Below are positions 52,195 through 62,506 of a stretch of 64,000 nucleotides of DNA, one piece after another; the first letter of the stretch is position 1; each line of letters opens with the position of its first letter. The position numbers were made by a program, and so were the translations under genes. The notes beneath the pieces are model-generated. The model had not been told where the DNA came from. It searched no databases and was given only the letters and a program-made list of their open reading frames with translations. This DNA is from Gemmatales bacterium (GTDB lineage Bacteria; Planctomycetota; Planctomycetia; Gemmatales; HRBIN36), in NCBI GenBank assembly GCA_041640595.1, contig JBEPZY010000001.1:608001-672000 (forward strand). Reading direction: 5' to 3'.

Positions 52195-52508
52195 CGTGTA
52201 ATTTCCTCCATTGAATCGGCAGGCCGAAATCGCTCATCGGCCAAACTCTGCACTTGATGGTGCGATAATTCGCAGTGGTGGTTTTCCGCCTGTACCGCGT
52301 TGCGCTTTGGGCATTTGCACCGACAAGTTTCGGGCAAACTATAGTAGTCCGCATTGCCCACTCTGGAAAGGTGCATCCGAGTCTCAGCAAAACTCAGTAA
52401 TCTGGCCGGCTGCAAAAACGAACTACGTTCCCCGCTCGAGCACGGTTACCCTTGTCTAATCGGCAGCTACCAGCGTTTCGTCAGCCGAGACGCGAGCGAG
52501 GGTGGGTG

Positions 52509-54323
52509 CTAGAAGAGCCCGTGCACTGCAAAAATCCACAAGCTGTTCAACTCGCTAAGCGTTTCCTTGGGTGCCCAAAGCTCAAAGATGATGGTGTCCC
52601 TTTCGAGTTTGAACCCCAACGAGAAAAATGCTGGGGTGTTACCGGGATAGGCATCTTTGGGGATCAGGTTCCCCAGTCCCATAACCGCAGAAGCTTTTTC
52701 CACCCCTTCCAGCACATGCCTCCACCATCCGGGAAATTGCAGCATCATCAGGCCGGTCAATTCATCTCCCAGCGGGGCACGATGTTTCTGCAGTCGGGCA
52801 AAAGGCGGGGCATTGCTGGAACGATACCGTTGCAACCACTGCTCGGCTTGCTTTTGCTCGCCGGTGAGCAGGATATAAAGCTGCTGATTGTCAGCGGCTA
52901 ACCATATCGTCCATTGATGGCCGAACATGTGCCGCAGAAATGCCTCTTCCGCCGCAGCACTCTCCCCGTGAGCGGTACTGAAATGCGACCAGCGGATTTC
53001 CGCGTCTATGCGACTAGCGGGTAAGCCGAGCAATTGACCCGCTTCCGCTTGCACTCGCATACGCACTGCGTCTTTCGGAAGCAAACCCGCGAGTTGTTCG
53101 CAGGCTTGCACCAACACTCGCTTGGCCTGTTCGGGCTTTTCTGCCTGGAAAACCCACAAACCGCGGTATTGAGAATCCTGGGCCCATTGCCAGCGGCGAA
53201 TGCCACACTGCAACAATTTTTCCGCAGTATCTGCTAACAGTCGCTCCGCCGCAGCGGAAGCCGGAGAAAGTTCATTTCCGGCCTGGCGAATGGCACGCGC
53301 ATAACGTCGCAAAAAAGGCTCCAGCATCCAATCCTCGTCCCAGCTTCCGTACTGGTGTAAATTTTCCGGCATCCGGTCGAGATCGGCGACACTATGCCGG
53401 CGGGCATTAGCCAGGCTCTGTGCCAGGGGAGAATTCGCTCTGGTTCGTGCTGCCAACCGCAAACGGACACCTTCGTTTTCGATGCTGCCGGTTATCAGGC
53501 AGTAATCGAGATCACGACCAAGCTCAACAAAATCGAGAACCATCTCCGCGACAGCTTGCTGGGAATGGCCAAACGTTTGCCCTCGCAAAAGTTCCGGCAG
53601 CTGCTTCCGAGCTTCCTTCAGGAAATCTTCGACGAGTGCGAATAATGGCGGTATTTTGAGGTACGCGGCAACATCAGCTTGCGACCAGAGTCGAGTTTCT
53701 TCCGCTCGCAACTGGGAGCGTAATGAGAGCGGTTTCGCTTGACCCTTATTTCGAGCCAACGCTACCAGTTGACCGGCCAGTTCCGCTTTCGGTGTCAAAA
53801 GGGCGTAGTCGCTGGCCAAGTATATGAACACCTCCTGGCCGGCAATGACCGTGCGTCGGTAACCTTCTGGTCGAAGCTGAAGCTGTTTGTACTCCTCGCC
53901 GGACAAAAATCCCTTCAGGAAAGCCTCGCCATCCCGAATCGGCAAACCAATGACAACAGCAGGCGGATGATCGGCAAACGACTGCCATTTCTCCACAGCC
54001 AGGAAAATGGCACGCTGGCCATCGAGCTGTTTGCGATCGCGGCCCTCCAGGAAAGCCTCAATTTGTTCCTGAAGAGTTTTGCGCACAGCGTCGGCAGCTG
54101 CGGGCATTGTTTCTTGTAACAGCTTGTCCAGGCGTTGTTGAAAACCGTCCAGTCCGCGAACCTGCACGACAAATTCCGTTTTGGCGGGTAACAATTCCAG
54201 GATGTCGCTGGCCGTTTCTTGAGCATGGGCCGCGGGTGCACGACTATCCGCAACCGGCCAGGTGAGCAGCATCAGAGCCAAGCCGCAGCACACCAGTCCC
54301 GCGAACGTTCTTCGGCCGTTCAT
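52509..54323 (-). CDS. Large exported hypothetical protein
   Basis: 604 aa with a signal peptide, L..LP...FVV N-terminal pattern and RBS AAGGAG. No catalytic motif recognised. Confidence 0.65.
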   Translation of the reverse strand: MNGRRTFAGLVCCGLALMLLTWPVADSRAPAAHAQETASDILELLPAKTEFVVQVRGLDGFQQRLDKLLQETMPAAADAVRKTLQEQIEAFLEGRDRKQLDGQRAIFLAVEKWQSFADHPPAVVIGLPIRDGEAFLKGFLSGEEYKQLQLRPEGYRRTVIAGQEVFIYLASDYALLTPKAELAGQLVALARNKGQAKPLSLRSQLRAEETRLWSQADVAAYLKIPPLFALVEDFLKEARKQLPELLRGQTFGHSQQAVAEMVLDFVELGRDLDYCLITGSIENEGVRLRLAARTRANSPLAQSLANARRHSVADLDRMPENLHQYGSWDEDWMLEPFLRRYARAIRQAGNELSPASAAAERLLADTAEKLLQCGIRRWQWAQDSQYRGLWVFQAEKPEQAKRVLVQACEQLAGLLPKDAVRMRVQAEAGQLLGLPASRIDAEIRWSHFSTAHGESAAAEEAFLRHMFGHQWTIWLAADNQQLYILLTGEQKQAEQWLQRYRSSNAPPFARLQKHRAPLGDELTGLMMLQFPGWWRHVLEGVEKASAVMGLGNLIPKDAYPGNTPAFFSLGFKLERDTIIFELWAPKETLSELNSLWIFAVHGLF

Positions 54324-54584
54324 GGTCGCTCCTTTCCCAGTCGCCGGACCGCTTCAGAATTGCCACGCATTCTTAGGATAGATTGACCCGGTCTAGCCAC
54401 GCGTGCCTGTTCCGACCGATTGGATATGTACCCAGGCGGCCTTACTACGAGTCGCGGACATTATAGCCAGGACTGGACGAAGTTGGGACTCCTGGGGCTC
54501 TTGAAATCGGGCTAGGCAAGGCCAGCAGCTTCGTTTATAATCCGCGGCCAGCTGTCGTTACGTCCTGGATGGCGGAGACTCGCC

Positions 54585-55586
54585 GTGGCTGACGAAGTAG
54601 TGCCCGTCGTCGAAACCCAGCACCTGACCAAAATCTACCAGAACCGGCGAATTGCCCTCAACGATGTTACTTTGCGCCTGGAGACCGGGGCCGTTCTCGG
54701 TTTAGTTGGTCCAAACGGAGCTGGCAAGACCACGTTGTTGCGTTTACTGCTGGGTTTGCACCGACCGACTGCGGGCTGGGTCAAAGTTTTCGGGCAATAC
54801 ATGACGCCCAATGCTGCCGCTTTGCGTCGGCGAATGGGGTACATTCCCTCGCATCCGCAGTTTCCGCGTGGCTTGACGCCTATTGCCTATTTGGACTACA
54901 TGGGTCGCTTGTTTGGTTTGTCCCGGCAGGAACGTAAACCTCGTCTGGCAGCGTTATTGCGAGCCGTGGATTTGCTGGAAGTTTCGGGCGAACCTATAGC
55001 CGGTTTCTCACACGGCATGATGGTGCGACTGGCTCTGGCAGCTAGTCTGATCAACGATCCGGAGCTGTTGATCTGGGACGAACCCACACACGGTCTCGAT
55101 CCGGAAGCCCGCCGCAGTATGCTCGAGCTGATCAAGAACTTGAGCCAGGCGAAAACCCTGATCGTTTCCAGCCATAACCTCAGCGACGTGGACGAGGTAT
55201 GCACGCAAGTAGCCGTGCTCAGTGAAGGACATTTGATTTACAGCGGTTCCCTTCAGGATTTGCGCGGGAAAATGCGAGGCCGTCAGTTTGAAATCGAACT
55301 CGACGGCGACCAGAAAGCCATTGCCAAAGTCCTTCAAACCGTGCGTGGGCTGGGCGAAGTAAAACAGGCACAGTTGCGCCAAAAACGGCTTGAAATCGTT
55401 TTGAACGATACAGGTTTATCCTCGAGCGCTTTGGCCAGCATTTTCATGACGATTAGCGATAACAAGGTAGATGTTCTTTCGGTGCGCAGTGCTGGACAGC
55501 CGACTGAACAGGCATTTCTGCAATTGGTCGAACAGGAAGAATCGCGGGGCTTCGCTCGCGCTTGGAGTTATCGGGAGGCGGCTTGA
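54585..55586 (+). CDS. ABC-2 type transporter ATP-binding protein
   Basis: GPNGAGKTT, FSHGM signature, LLIWDEPT.GLD and SSH. Confidence 0.92.
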   Translation: MADEVVPVVETQHLTKIYQNRRIALNDVTLRLETGAVLGLVGPNGAGKTTLLRLLLGLHRPTAGWVKVFGQYMTPNAAALRRRMGYIPSHPQFPRGLTPIAYLDYMGRLFGLSRQERKPRLAALLRAVDLLEVSGEPIAGFSHGMMVRLALAASLINDPELLIWDEPTHGLDPEARRSMLELIKNLSQAKTLIVSSHNLSDVDEVCTQVAVLSEGHLIYSGSLQDLRGKMRGRQFEIELDGDQKAIAKVLQTVRGLGEVKQAQLRQKRLEIVLNDTGLSSSALASIFMTISDNKVDVLSVRSAGQPTEQAFLQLVEQEESRGFARAWSYREAA

Positions 55587-56377
55587 TGGCAAGCCACGCC
55601 GCAGCTATCGCTGCCAGCAATCCACCACGCCGATTTTACTGGTGGCTGCCTTACGCAGCCGTGCTTGGTATGGAATGGCGGCAAACCTGGCGTAGCTGGA
55701 TGTTCCGTGTGGCTATGCTTCTGGTAGCGGTGCTGGCTATTGGTTACGTCCTGCATCGGGCAGCTATTTACCACCAGGCGGGGATTCTCCAGTCTGCTAC
55801 GGTGACTCTGGCGGAAGTATTGCAAGCAGGACTACTTCTCGGCCCGACGCTGATGGTTATTCTGAGCGCTGGTACGATTGCCTCGGAGAGGGGCACCCTG
55901 GCGGATTCGGTGTTGAGCCGTGGTATCAGCCGCTATGCTTACTTTTTAGGCAAATGGCACGGGCGACTGGCAGCGTTACTGGCGGGATATTTTTTGGCGG
56001 TAGGCATTGTGGTATTGCTAGCTTGCGTTTTGTTGCGTAGGGAAGACATATCGCTCATGGGAACCCTGTGGGCGTTGTTACTGGAGGCGAGCGTGCTGGC
56101 AGCGGTCATCTCCATCGGCGTCTTTTTCAGTACGACCAGTCCGGGCACAGCGATGGCCATGCTGCTGACGTGGGTGGTCGTACACGGCCTGGCTGCTTTG
56201 CTCTGGATTAGCGGGCTGACTCTGCTTCATCCGCAAGGGTTGTGGCGATGGTTACCGTTGCTGTTACGGGGACAGTATGACGCAATTGTCGTTGCACAGG
56301 CGATTGGCTGGGCATGGTTAGTGGTGATGGGAGCAGCGTTGATGGGGCTGGTGCATTTTTCGCGTTGCGATGTGTAA
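55586..56377 (+). CDS. ABC-2 type permease
   Basis: About six TM helices and IASERGTL...LSR.ISR..Y.LGK. TGATG coupling with the ATPase. Confidence 0.85.
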   Translation: MASHAAAIAASNPPRRFYWWLPYAAVLGMEWRQTWRSWMFRVAMLLVAVLAIGYVLHRAAIYHQAGILQSATVTLAEVLQAGLLLGPTLMVILSAGTIASERGTLADSVLSRGISRYAYFLGKWHGRLAALLAGYFLAVGIVVLLACVLLRREDISLMGTLWALLLEASVLAAVISIGVFFSTTSPGTAMAMLLTWVVVHGLAALLWISGLTLLHPQGLWRWLPLLLRGQYDAIVVAQAIGWAWLVVMGAALMGLVHFSRCDV

Positions 56378-56428
56378 AATAACGCCACTGGCTCGCTTGG
56401 CAATTCGGACTTTGCGTGGGGCCATGGT

Positions 56429-57529
56429 ATGACACTGCTGCGGGACGTGATGGCCGTCCTGAATCGGCTGGCACCTCTGGAACTGGCGGAAGAATGGGAC
56501 AACGTCGGCCTGTTACTTGGGCGCTCGGATCAGCCGGTGCAGCGGGTGATGACCTGTTTGACCATCACGAGCACAACCGTCGCTGAGGCGTGTCAGGAAA
56601 ATGCGGACCTGATTGTGACCCACCACCCGCTTTTTTACCGACCCGTACAGCGCGTCAATGATCAAAACGAGGAAGGGCGTCTGGCCCTGACCCTGACGCG
56701 TGCTGGTATCGCCGTTTACAGTGCCCACACCGCTTACGATAATGCTCCGGGCGGCATCAACGATCAGATCGCTGGGTTGCTGGAACTGGAATCGGTGCGG
56801 CCGTTGCGTCCGGCTCTGGCAGAACGGCAGTGCAAAATTGTCGTTTTTGTGCCCGAAAGCGATTTAGCTCGCGTGAGCGATGCCCTGTTTGCTGTGGGTG
56901 CGGGACAAATTGGGCAGTACCGCGAATGCAGTTTCCGGTTACCAGGTACCGGTACCTTTTTCGGTACCGAGCAAACCCATCCCACCGTGGGGCAAAAGGG
57001 CCGACGCGAAGAAGTGGCCGAGTGGCGACTCGAAGTTATCTGTCCAGAGCGATTGGTGGATGAAGCAATCCGGGCTTTGCGAGCAGCTCACTCTTATGAA
57101 GAACCTGCCTACGACGTTTATCCTTTGCGACCGGCTCAGCGGCCCGGCGGTGCTGGTCGAATTGGCCGACTTCCGCGCGAGCTTACATTGCAACAGCTGG
57201 TCGAAAAAGTGCGCCGGCACTGGCAGTTCGAGACCGTGCGTTATGTCGGGGAACCCGAACAGATTGTCGGTCGCGTGGCCATCGGTTGCGGTGCTGGTGG
57301 GAGTCTCCTTGCCGATGCTCTTCGCGCGGGAGCGGAGGTTTTTGTGACCGGCGAGATGCGTTTTCATGATTTGCTGGCAGCCCAGGCCGAGGGGGTCTCG
57401 GTTGTTTTGCTCGGTCATTTCAGCAGCGAACGTTTTGCGATGGAAACGCTGGCACAACGCCTGGCCGAGCTTTTTCCACAGCTGACGATTTGGCCAAGCC
57501 GAAGGGAACGGCCCATTGTTCGCACGTGA
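56429..57529 (+). CDS. Nif3-like (DUF34) dinuclear metal protein with YqfO/PII-like insert
   Basis: WDNVGLL.G, THHP, HT..D, KIVVFVP...GAG.IG.Y..CSF, AHSYEEPA and GHF.SE. Confidence 0.92.
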   Translation: MTLLRDVMAVLNRLAPLELAEEWDNVGLLLGRSDQPVQRVMTCLTITSTTVAEACQENADLIVTHHPLFYRPVQRVNDQNEEGRLALTLTRAGIAVYSAHTAYDNAPGGINDQIAGLLELESVRPLRPALAERQCKIVVFVPESDLARVSDALFAVGAGQIGQYRECSFRLPGTGTFFGTEQTHPTVGQKGRREEVAEWRLEVICPERLVDEAIRALRAAHSYEEPAYDVYPLRPAQRPGGAGRIGRLPRELTLQQLVEKVRRHWQFETVRYVGEPEQIVGRVAIGCGAGGSLLADALRAGAEVFVTGEMRFHDLLAAQAEGVSVVLLGHFSSERFAMETLAQRLAELFPQLTIWPSRRERPIVRT

Positions 57530-57738
57530 TGGTTCAGCCCATCCTCATGCAGCCAGAGGTTCGCGAACCACGACAAGTTACTTCCCACCCGTAAACGCCG
57601 CTTATCCGAGGGCAATAACCGTCGGCGAAGTAGTTGTGCGTGTTTGCGAGGTTCTGCGGCCAATCGTCATGCGGCCATGCCGGAACCGTAACACGCGTTA
57701 AAACAATCCATCCGTGATCGCAAGACCGATCGCCTGTC

Positions 57739-60009
57739 CTACAAGCCATGAGGCGAGAAGCGACGCAAACGCAGGCTGTTGAGCACAACGGATAAGCTGC
57801 TGAACGCCATTGCCGCAGCGGCCAGAATCGGATGAAGCCAGCGAAAAGCTGCTGCCGGGATTGCGAGCACGTTGTAGAAAAAAGCCCAGAAAAGATTGCC
57901 GTAAATCACACGCAGGGTTCGCCGTGCCAGGCGAAGCATGGTCGGCACGGCTAATGGGTCGTTGTGAAGCAGGACAACTTGCCCAGCTTCGATAGCCACA
58001 TCGGTTCCACTGCCGAAAGCGATGCCGACATCGGCCTGGGCCAGTGCGGGACCATCGTTGATCCCGTCGCCGACGAAAGCCACTATCCGTCCAGCCTTTT
58101 GTAACTCAGCCACCTTGCTTGCCTTGGCTTCCGGTTTAACACCGGCAAATACGTAGCGGATACCGAGCTGAGAAGCAACAGCCTCAGCAACGTGCGGATG
58201 GTCGCCGGTCACCAAATAGGGTTCGACGCCAAGGTCGCGCAACTGGTCAACGGCAGCACCGCTTCCAGGACGGATACGGTCGGCGATTCCCAATATTCCC
58301 AACACACGCCAGTCGCCGCGCCCTGACCGACCGTCAGCCTGGTTTTCGGAGCGTGCCGCGCTCGTCGCGGATGACAGATTTTCGGACCTGGAAGCAACAG
58401 CGACAAATATAGGTGTCATACCTCTGACGGCCAACTCCTCCGCTCGCAATTCCGCCTGGCGTGGCAGCGTTATTCCAAATTGGTTCAGGAAATCACGATT
58501 GCCGACCAGCACTCGCAAACTTCCGACCGTCGCTTCGACCCCCAGACCTGGATGTGCCCGAAACTGATCCGCAACCGGCGGCTTGATCTGATGAGCAGAG
58601 GCGTATTGCAGAATTGCCGCGGCGAGATGATGCTCTGAGCTCTGCTCCGCTGCTGCTGCCAGCCGCAGAACCTGGTCGAGGCCGAAATGCGGATCCAGTG
58701 CGAAAGCCTGTTGTACTTCCGGCCGACCTTCGGTGAGCGTCCCGGTTTTGTCAAACAACACGACATGGACTCGGGCGGCACGTTCGAGCACAGCGCCGTC
58801 GCGGATCAAAATGCCCAATTCAGCGCCGCGACCTGTCGCAACCACCAGGGCAACTGGCGTTGCCAGCCCCAGAGCGCACGGGCAGGCAATGATCAACGTC
58901 GCCACCAGGGCTTCCAATGCTGCTGACAAAGCTGGTTTCCAACCATGGGGCCATTCCCACCAGCACCAGCTGATCGCAGCAATCATCGCCACGCCAACTA
59001 CTACCGGCACAAATACGCCAGCCACGCGATCTGCGAAGCGTTGAACAGGAACCTTGCTAAGTTGTGCCCGTTCGACCAGAGCGACAATCTTCGCCAGCGT
59101 GGTGTCCGCGCCGCTGGCCGTTACTCGAACCCGCAAAGCCCCCGTCGTGTTCAGAGTCCCGGCGAAGACGCGATCACCTGTTTTTTTGGGTACCGGATAA
59201 GGTTCCCCGGTCAACATGCTTTCCACGACTGCCGACTCACCATCTATCACCTCACCGTCTGCAGGAACGCGGTCGCCGGGGCGAAGAATTACCACATCGC
59301 CCGGCCGCACGTCACCGATGGGCACTTCGATTTCCTGTTCCTGTCGCCAGACCCTCGCCTGTTGCGGTTGCAGAGCCAGTAACCGCTCGATAGCCGCGGA
59401 AGCGCGACCTCGAGCGCGTGCCTCCAGGAACTGGCCGAGCAAGACCAGGACTATGATTCCTGCCTGGGCCTCAAAGTACACTTCGCCCGCATCCACGTTC
59501 CACCAGCTCAGTGCTGTTACCGCGGCTCCGTGAAAAAACGCCGCCAGCGTTCCCAGAGCGATGAGCGTGTTCATGTCGGCCGTAAGACTTTTCAGGCGTT
59601 GCCAGGCACCTTGCAAAAAAGGCCAGCCACACCAGAACTGCAACGGCAAACAGAGCAGCAAAAGCAACTCATTCCGCCACGCAAAAGAAATGTGCAGCAT
59701 GGAAATCACAATCACCGGCACGGCTAGCGCGGCGGCAATAAGCAAACGATAGCGTTCCGTTGAAAAATCGGGTTTAGTGCGACGCTCCAAAGTATCGGCG
59801 GCCAAAACGGTGGCACGGTAACCAGCCCGACTTACGGCTGCGATTAAATCCTCATCACCAGGTGGAGGTTCTTCGGTGACCACCAGAGCTTCACCCTGGG
59901 CCAGGTTCACGCTGGCCGTGCGTACGCCCGGAACTTGCTGGAGTGCTGCCTCCACCCGGCTTACACACGAAGCACAGTGCATCCCTTCGATTCGCAGCCG
60001 TTTTTCCAT
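57739..60009 (-). CDS. copA: P1B-1 heavy-metal (Cu+) translocating ATPase
   Basis: GMHCASC (HMA domain), TGE, ACPCALGLATP, DKTGT, HH (HP site), GDGIND, YN and MAFSS. Confidence 0.9.
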   Translation of the reverse strand: MEKRLRIEGMHCASCVSRVEAALQQVPGVRTASVNLAQGEALVVTEEPPPGDEDLIAAVSRAGYRATVLAADTLERRTKPDFSTERYRLLIAAALAVPVIVISMLHISFAWRNELLLLLCLPLQFWCGWPFLQGAWQRLKSLTADMNTLIALGTLAAFFHGAAVTALSWWNVDAGEVYFEAQAGIIVLVLLGQFLEARARGRASAAIERLLALQPQQARVWRQEQEIEVPIGDVRPGDVVILRPGDRVPADGEVIDGESAVVESMLTGEPYPVPKKTGDRVFAGTLNTTGALRVRVTASGADTTLAKIVALVERAQLSKVPVQRFADRVAGVFVPVVVGVAMIAAISWCWWEWPHGWKPALSAALEALVATLIIACPCALGLATPVALVVATGRGAELGILIRDGAVLERAARVHVVLFDKTGTLTEGRPEVQQAFALDPHFGLDQVLRLAAAAEQSSEHHLAAAILQYASAHQIKPPVADQFRAHPGLGVEATVGSLRVLVGNRDFLNQFGITLPRQAELRAEELAVRGMTPIFVAVASRSENLSSATSAARSENQADGRSGRGDWRVLGILGIADRIRPGSGAAVDQLRDLGVEPYLVTGDHPHVAEAVASQLGIRYVFAGVKPEAKASKVAELQKAGRIVAFVGDGINDGPALAQADVGIAFGSGTDVAIEAGQVVLLHNDPLAVPTMLRLARRTLRVIYGNLFWAFFYNVLAIPAAAFRWLHPILAAAAMAFSSLSVVLNSLRLRRFSPHGL

Positions 60010-60178
60010 AAGTCTGCCTATTTCCTGCAAGCAGCTAGCCAGACACTGATCTGAATTGCTCCGTTACCTGTGCGCGACAATTTTCCGACAAGCTACACGC
60101 CCCAGGCCAATGGTTCCAGTGCCCGAACCGCCGGATAGCTCAAGATCGCTCCGACGCAATGTTGGCAAGGGTAGGCCG

Positions 60179-60928
60179 TCAAGGTTTGGCACTTTGGGTA
60201 GCGGCAGCAACTGCGGCGACGGAACGAAATTCAGGCGGCACATACGCGTACGCAATAGGGTCGCGTTCACCGGCTTCGAAAAATCCTTTGAGTCGCAGAA
60301 AACAACTGTCGCAGCGCCCGCAAGCCAGACCCTCGGCCGTCGGCTCGTAACAACTGTGCGTGAGACGAAAATCCACGCCCAGACGTTTGCCTTCCCGGAC
60401 AATGTCGGCTTTTCTGAAATAAAGCAGCGGAGCGTGCACACGGAAAACGCCCAGTCCTTCCACCGCAGCTTTTGTAGCCACATTCGCCAATGCCTCAAAC
60501 TGCCGGAGAAATTCCGGTCGGCAATCAGGATAACCGCTATAGTCAATGGCGTTGCAGCCGATGAAAATATCAAACGCCCCCACCACTTCCGCGTAGCCTA
60601 AAGCCAGGCCCAGAAGAACCGTATTACGGGCCGGGACGTAGGTAACTGGAATGCCACTCTCGATATCTTCGATTCGTCTATCCTTGGGCACTTCCTGTTC
60701 CCCGGTCAAGGCTGAACCCCCGATGGCACGCAGGTCCATGCGAACGATTCGGTGTTCGCTAACCCCGAGAGCTTCGGCAATGTGCCTCGCTGCCTCGAGT
60801 TCGCGTCGGTGTCGCTGGCCGTAGTCCACGGTTAAAGCGTAAACGGCAAAACCCTGGGCCCTGGCAATGGCCAGGGTGGTCGCACTATCCAGCCCGCCGC
60901 TTAGCAGTACTACCGCTCGGCTTTGCAT
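60179..60928 (-). CDS. queC: 7-cyano-7-deazaguanine synthase
   Basis: [29 protein letters not shown] and SCY...CGRCDSC. Confidence 0.96.
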   Translation of the reverse strand: MQSRAVVLLSGGLDSATTLAIARAQGFAVYALTVDYGQRHRRELEAARHIAEALGVSEHRIVRMDLRAIGGSALTGEQEVPKDRRIEDIESGIPVTYVPARNTVLLGLALGYAEVVGAFDIFIGCNAIDYSGYPDCRPEFLRQFEALANVATKAAVEGLGVFRVHAPLLYFRKADIVREGKRLGVDFRLTHSCYEPTAEGLACGRCDSCFLRLKGFFEAGERDPIAYAYVPPEFRSVAAVAAATQSAKP

Positions 60929-61088
60929 AGCCACACCGAGATGGCCGGGTCGAGAACTGCCTATCGCCCACGTGCCGTTGCTATGATTATCATATACTGA
61001 GCGCATCGGATTTACTGACGGAGCCGACAGCGGCTACGTGAACTCGTGTAGATCGGCTGAACAAGTGCCGTCATCAAGAGGACCTCCC

Positions 61089-61550
61089 ATGCCCGCACAA
61101 GTGGCTGCCAAACCAGCTGCCGATTTGCAACCCAGCGCTGACCAGCTCGAGACTTTCCCGAACGAATATCCGCAGCGCGATTACATAGTGGAGATCGAGT
61201 GCCCCGAATTTACCAGCGTTTGCCCACGCACCGGGCAGCCGGATTTCGGAACGATCACTTTCCGCTATATCCCCGACAAACTCTGCGTCGAACTCAAGTC
61301 GCTGAAGCTTTACCTGCAGCGGTATCGGCAAGTGGGCATCTTCTACGAAACGCTGGTGAACCGTTTACTGGATGATTTTGTAGCAGCCTGTCAGCCCCGT
61401 CATTGCGAGGTGATAGCAGAGTTCAATCCACGCGGAGGCATGACCACCACCGTAAGCGCCGTCTATGTTGCTGCCAGCGAAGAGGAAGACGAAACTTGCG
61501 AAAATTGCCAGTCTGTGCCCAAACGGCGACGCCGTTCCAGGCGGCGATGA
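61089..61550 (+). CDS. queF: Unimodular NADPH-dependent preQ0 reductase
   Basis: EFTSVCP.TGQPDF, VELKSLKLY and F.PRGG. Confidence 0.95.
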   Translation: MPAQVAAKPAADLQPSADQLETFPNEYPQRDYIVEIECPEFTSVCPRTGQPDFGTITFRYIPDKLCVELKSLKLYLQRYRQVGIFYETLVNRLLDDFVAACQPRHCEVIAEFNPRGGMTTTVSAVYVAASEEEDETCENCQSVPKRRRRSRRR

Positions 61551-61590
61551 TAAGCCCGTCCTGACCCAATGAGCGACCGCGAAAACGCTG

Positions 61591-62250
61591 ATGGCCGAAG
61601 TCATACCGCCGATCTTCCTGTTTCGATTTACCTTTCCGTGCCGGTATCGGTCGTTTGAACCACGTGCCCGGACGGAACGGTTACTGGATCTGCCGGCCGA
61701 GTATGCGTTGCCTCACTTAGGAGAACTGAACAGACAAAAGACCTTCGCCGAGGTGCGCGTTGCCTGGAATGAAGAGGGCTTGGGCATTCAGGTCGTCGTG
61801 CAGGGCAAAGACCGCCCGCCACTCGGTGATGCCCAGCGGCCACGGAGTTCGGATGGGCTGCATGTCTGGGTGAACACTCGTGGGGCTCGACAAATTCACC
61901 GAGCCGATCGCTATTGCCACTATTTTTACTTCTTGCCGAGCGGAGGAGGTGAGGATCGTGAATCGCCGGTAGCAGGGCAGTTGACCATACCGCGAGCGTT
62001 GCAGAACGCTCCGAGTTGTGCCCCGGGCGACCTGGCGTTGTACGTGCAACGGCGGAAGGAGGGTTATCTGTTGGAAGCGATTATCGCTGCCAGTGCCCTT
62101 CACGGATACGATCCAGAAAACCACCCGCGCCTGGGTTTTTTCTACTGGATACGGGATTTGGAATTAGGGGATCAAACCCTGACTGTGGGTCCGGACTTTC
62201 CTTTCTGGGAGGATCCCAGTTTATGGTGCACGCTGCAACTGGAAAGGTAA
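61591..62250 (+). CDS. Conserved hypothetical protein, possible DOMON/CBM9-like fold
   Basis: AWNEEGL, D.....TR, HRA.RYCH, GY.LEA.I and EDPSLW.TL.L. Confidence 0.55.
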   Translation: MAEVIPPIFLFRFTFPCRYRSFEPRARTERLLDLPAEYALPHLGELNRQKTFAEVRVAWNEEGLGIQVVVQGKDRPPLGDAQRPRSSDGLHVWVNTRGARQIHRADRYCHYFYFLPSGGGEDRESPVAGQLTIPRALQNAPSCAPGDLALYVQRRKEGYLLEAIIAASALHGYDPENHPRLGFFYWIRDLELGDQTLTVGPDFPFWEDPSLWCTLQLER

Positions 62251-62506
62251 TGTGAGCTGACGCCCTGTTGCCTCCCGTTGTGCTTCTAACGCCGATAGCA
62301 CTAACATCAACAAAACTGCCAATCCTTGTCGCCTTCTGTCGCCAGTTACTGCTACTTTTGGAGCTAATGCGGCACCAGCCGAGAACGCTGTTGTTTTCGT
62401 TGCGTGATGCCATCTGATCGAACCGCGGAATCACCTGTGCGCTTTCTAGCAGGTTCAACCTGCCCCATTCACTGATTCCGACAACGGTGCTGTTCGTGTG
62501 GGGGCG

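Noticed and set aside
52234..52257. TCAAG...GCCGATGA sigma28-like element upstream of the 43-aa ORF
   Set aside because: The spacer is 12 nt after TCAA, too short compared with the consensus and with the two other candidates.
51951..52415. 154-aa and 143-aa ORFs upstream of tRNA-Phe
   Set aside because: No motifs or RBS. The third frame holds the 43-aa zinc-ribbon ORF with an RBS, which explains the region better.
60929..61088. preQ1 riboswitch between queC and queF
   Set aside because: No preQ1-I stem or A-rich tail is recognisable on either strand.
56429..61550. Nif3-like protein as the GTP cyclohydrolase feeding queC/queF, or a Dpd/7-deazaguanine DNA-modification or QueC-based defence island
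   Set aside because: The GTP cyclohydrolase label for DUF34 proteins is not well supported. QueC and QueF look canonical and no dpdA, TGT-like or qat-type genes are present.
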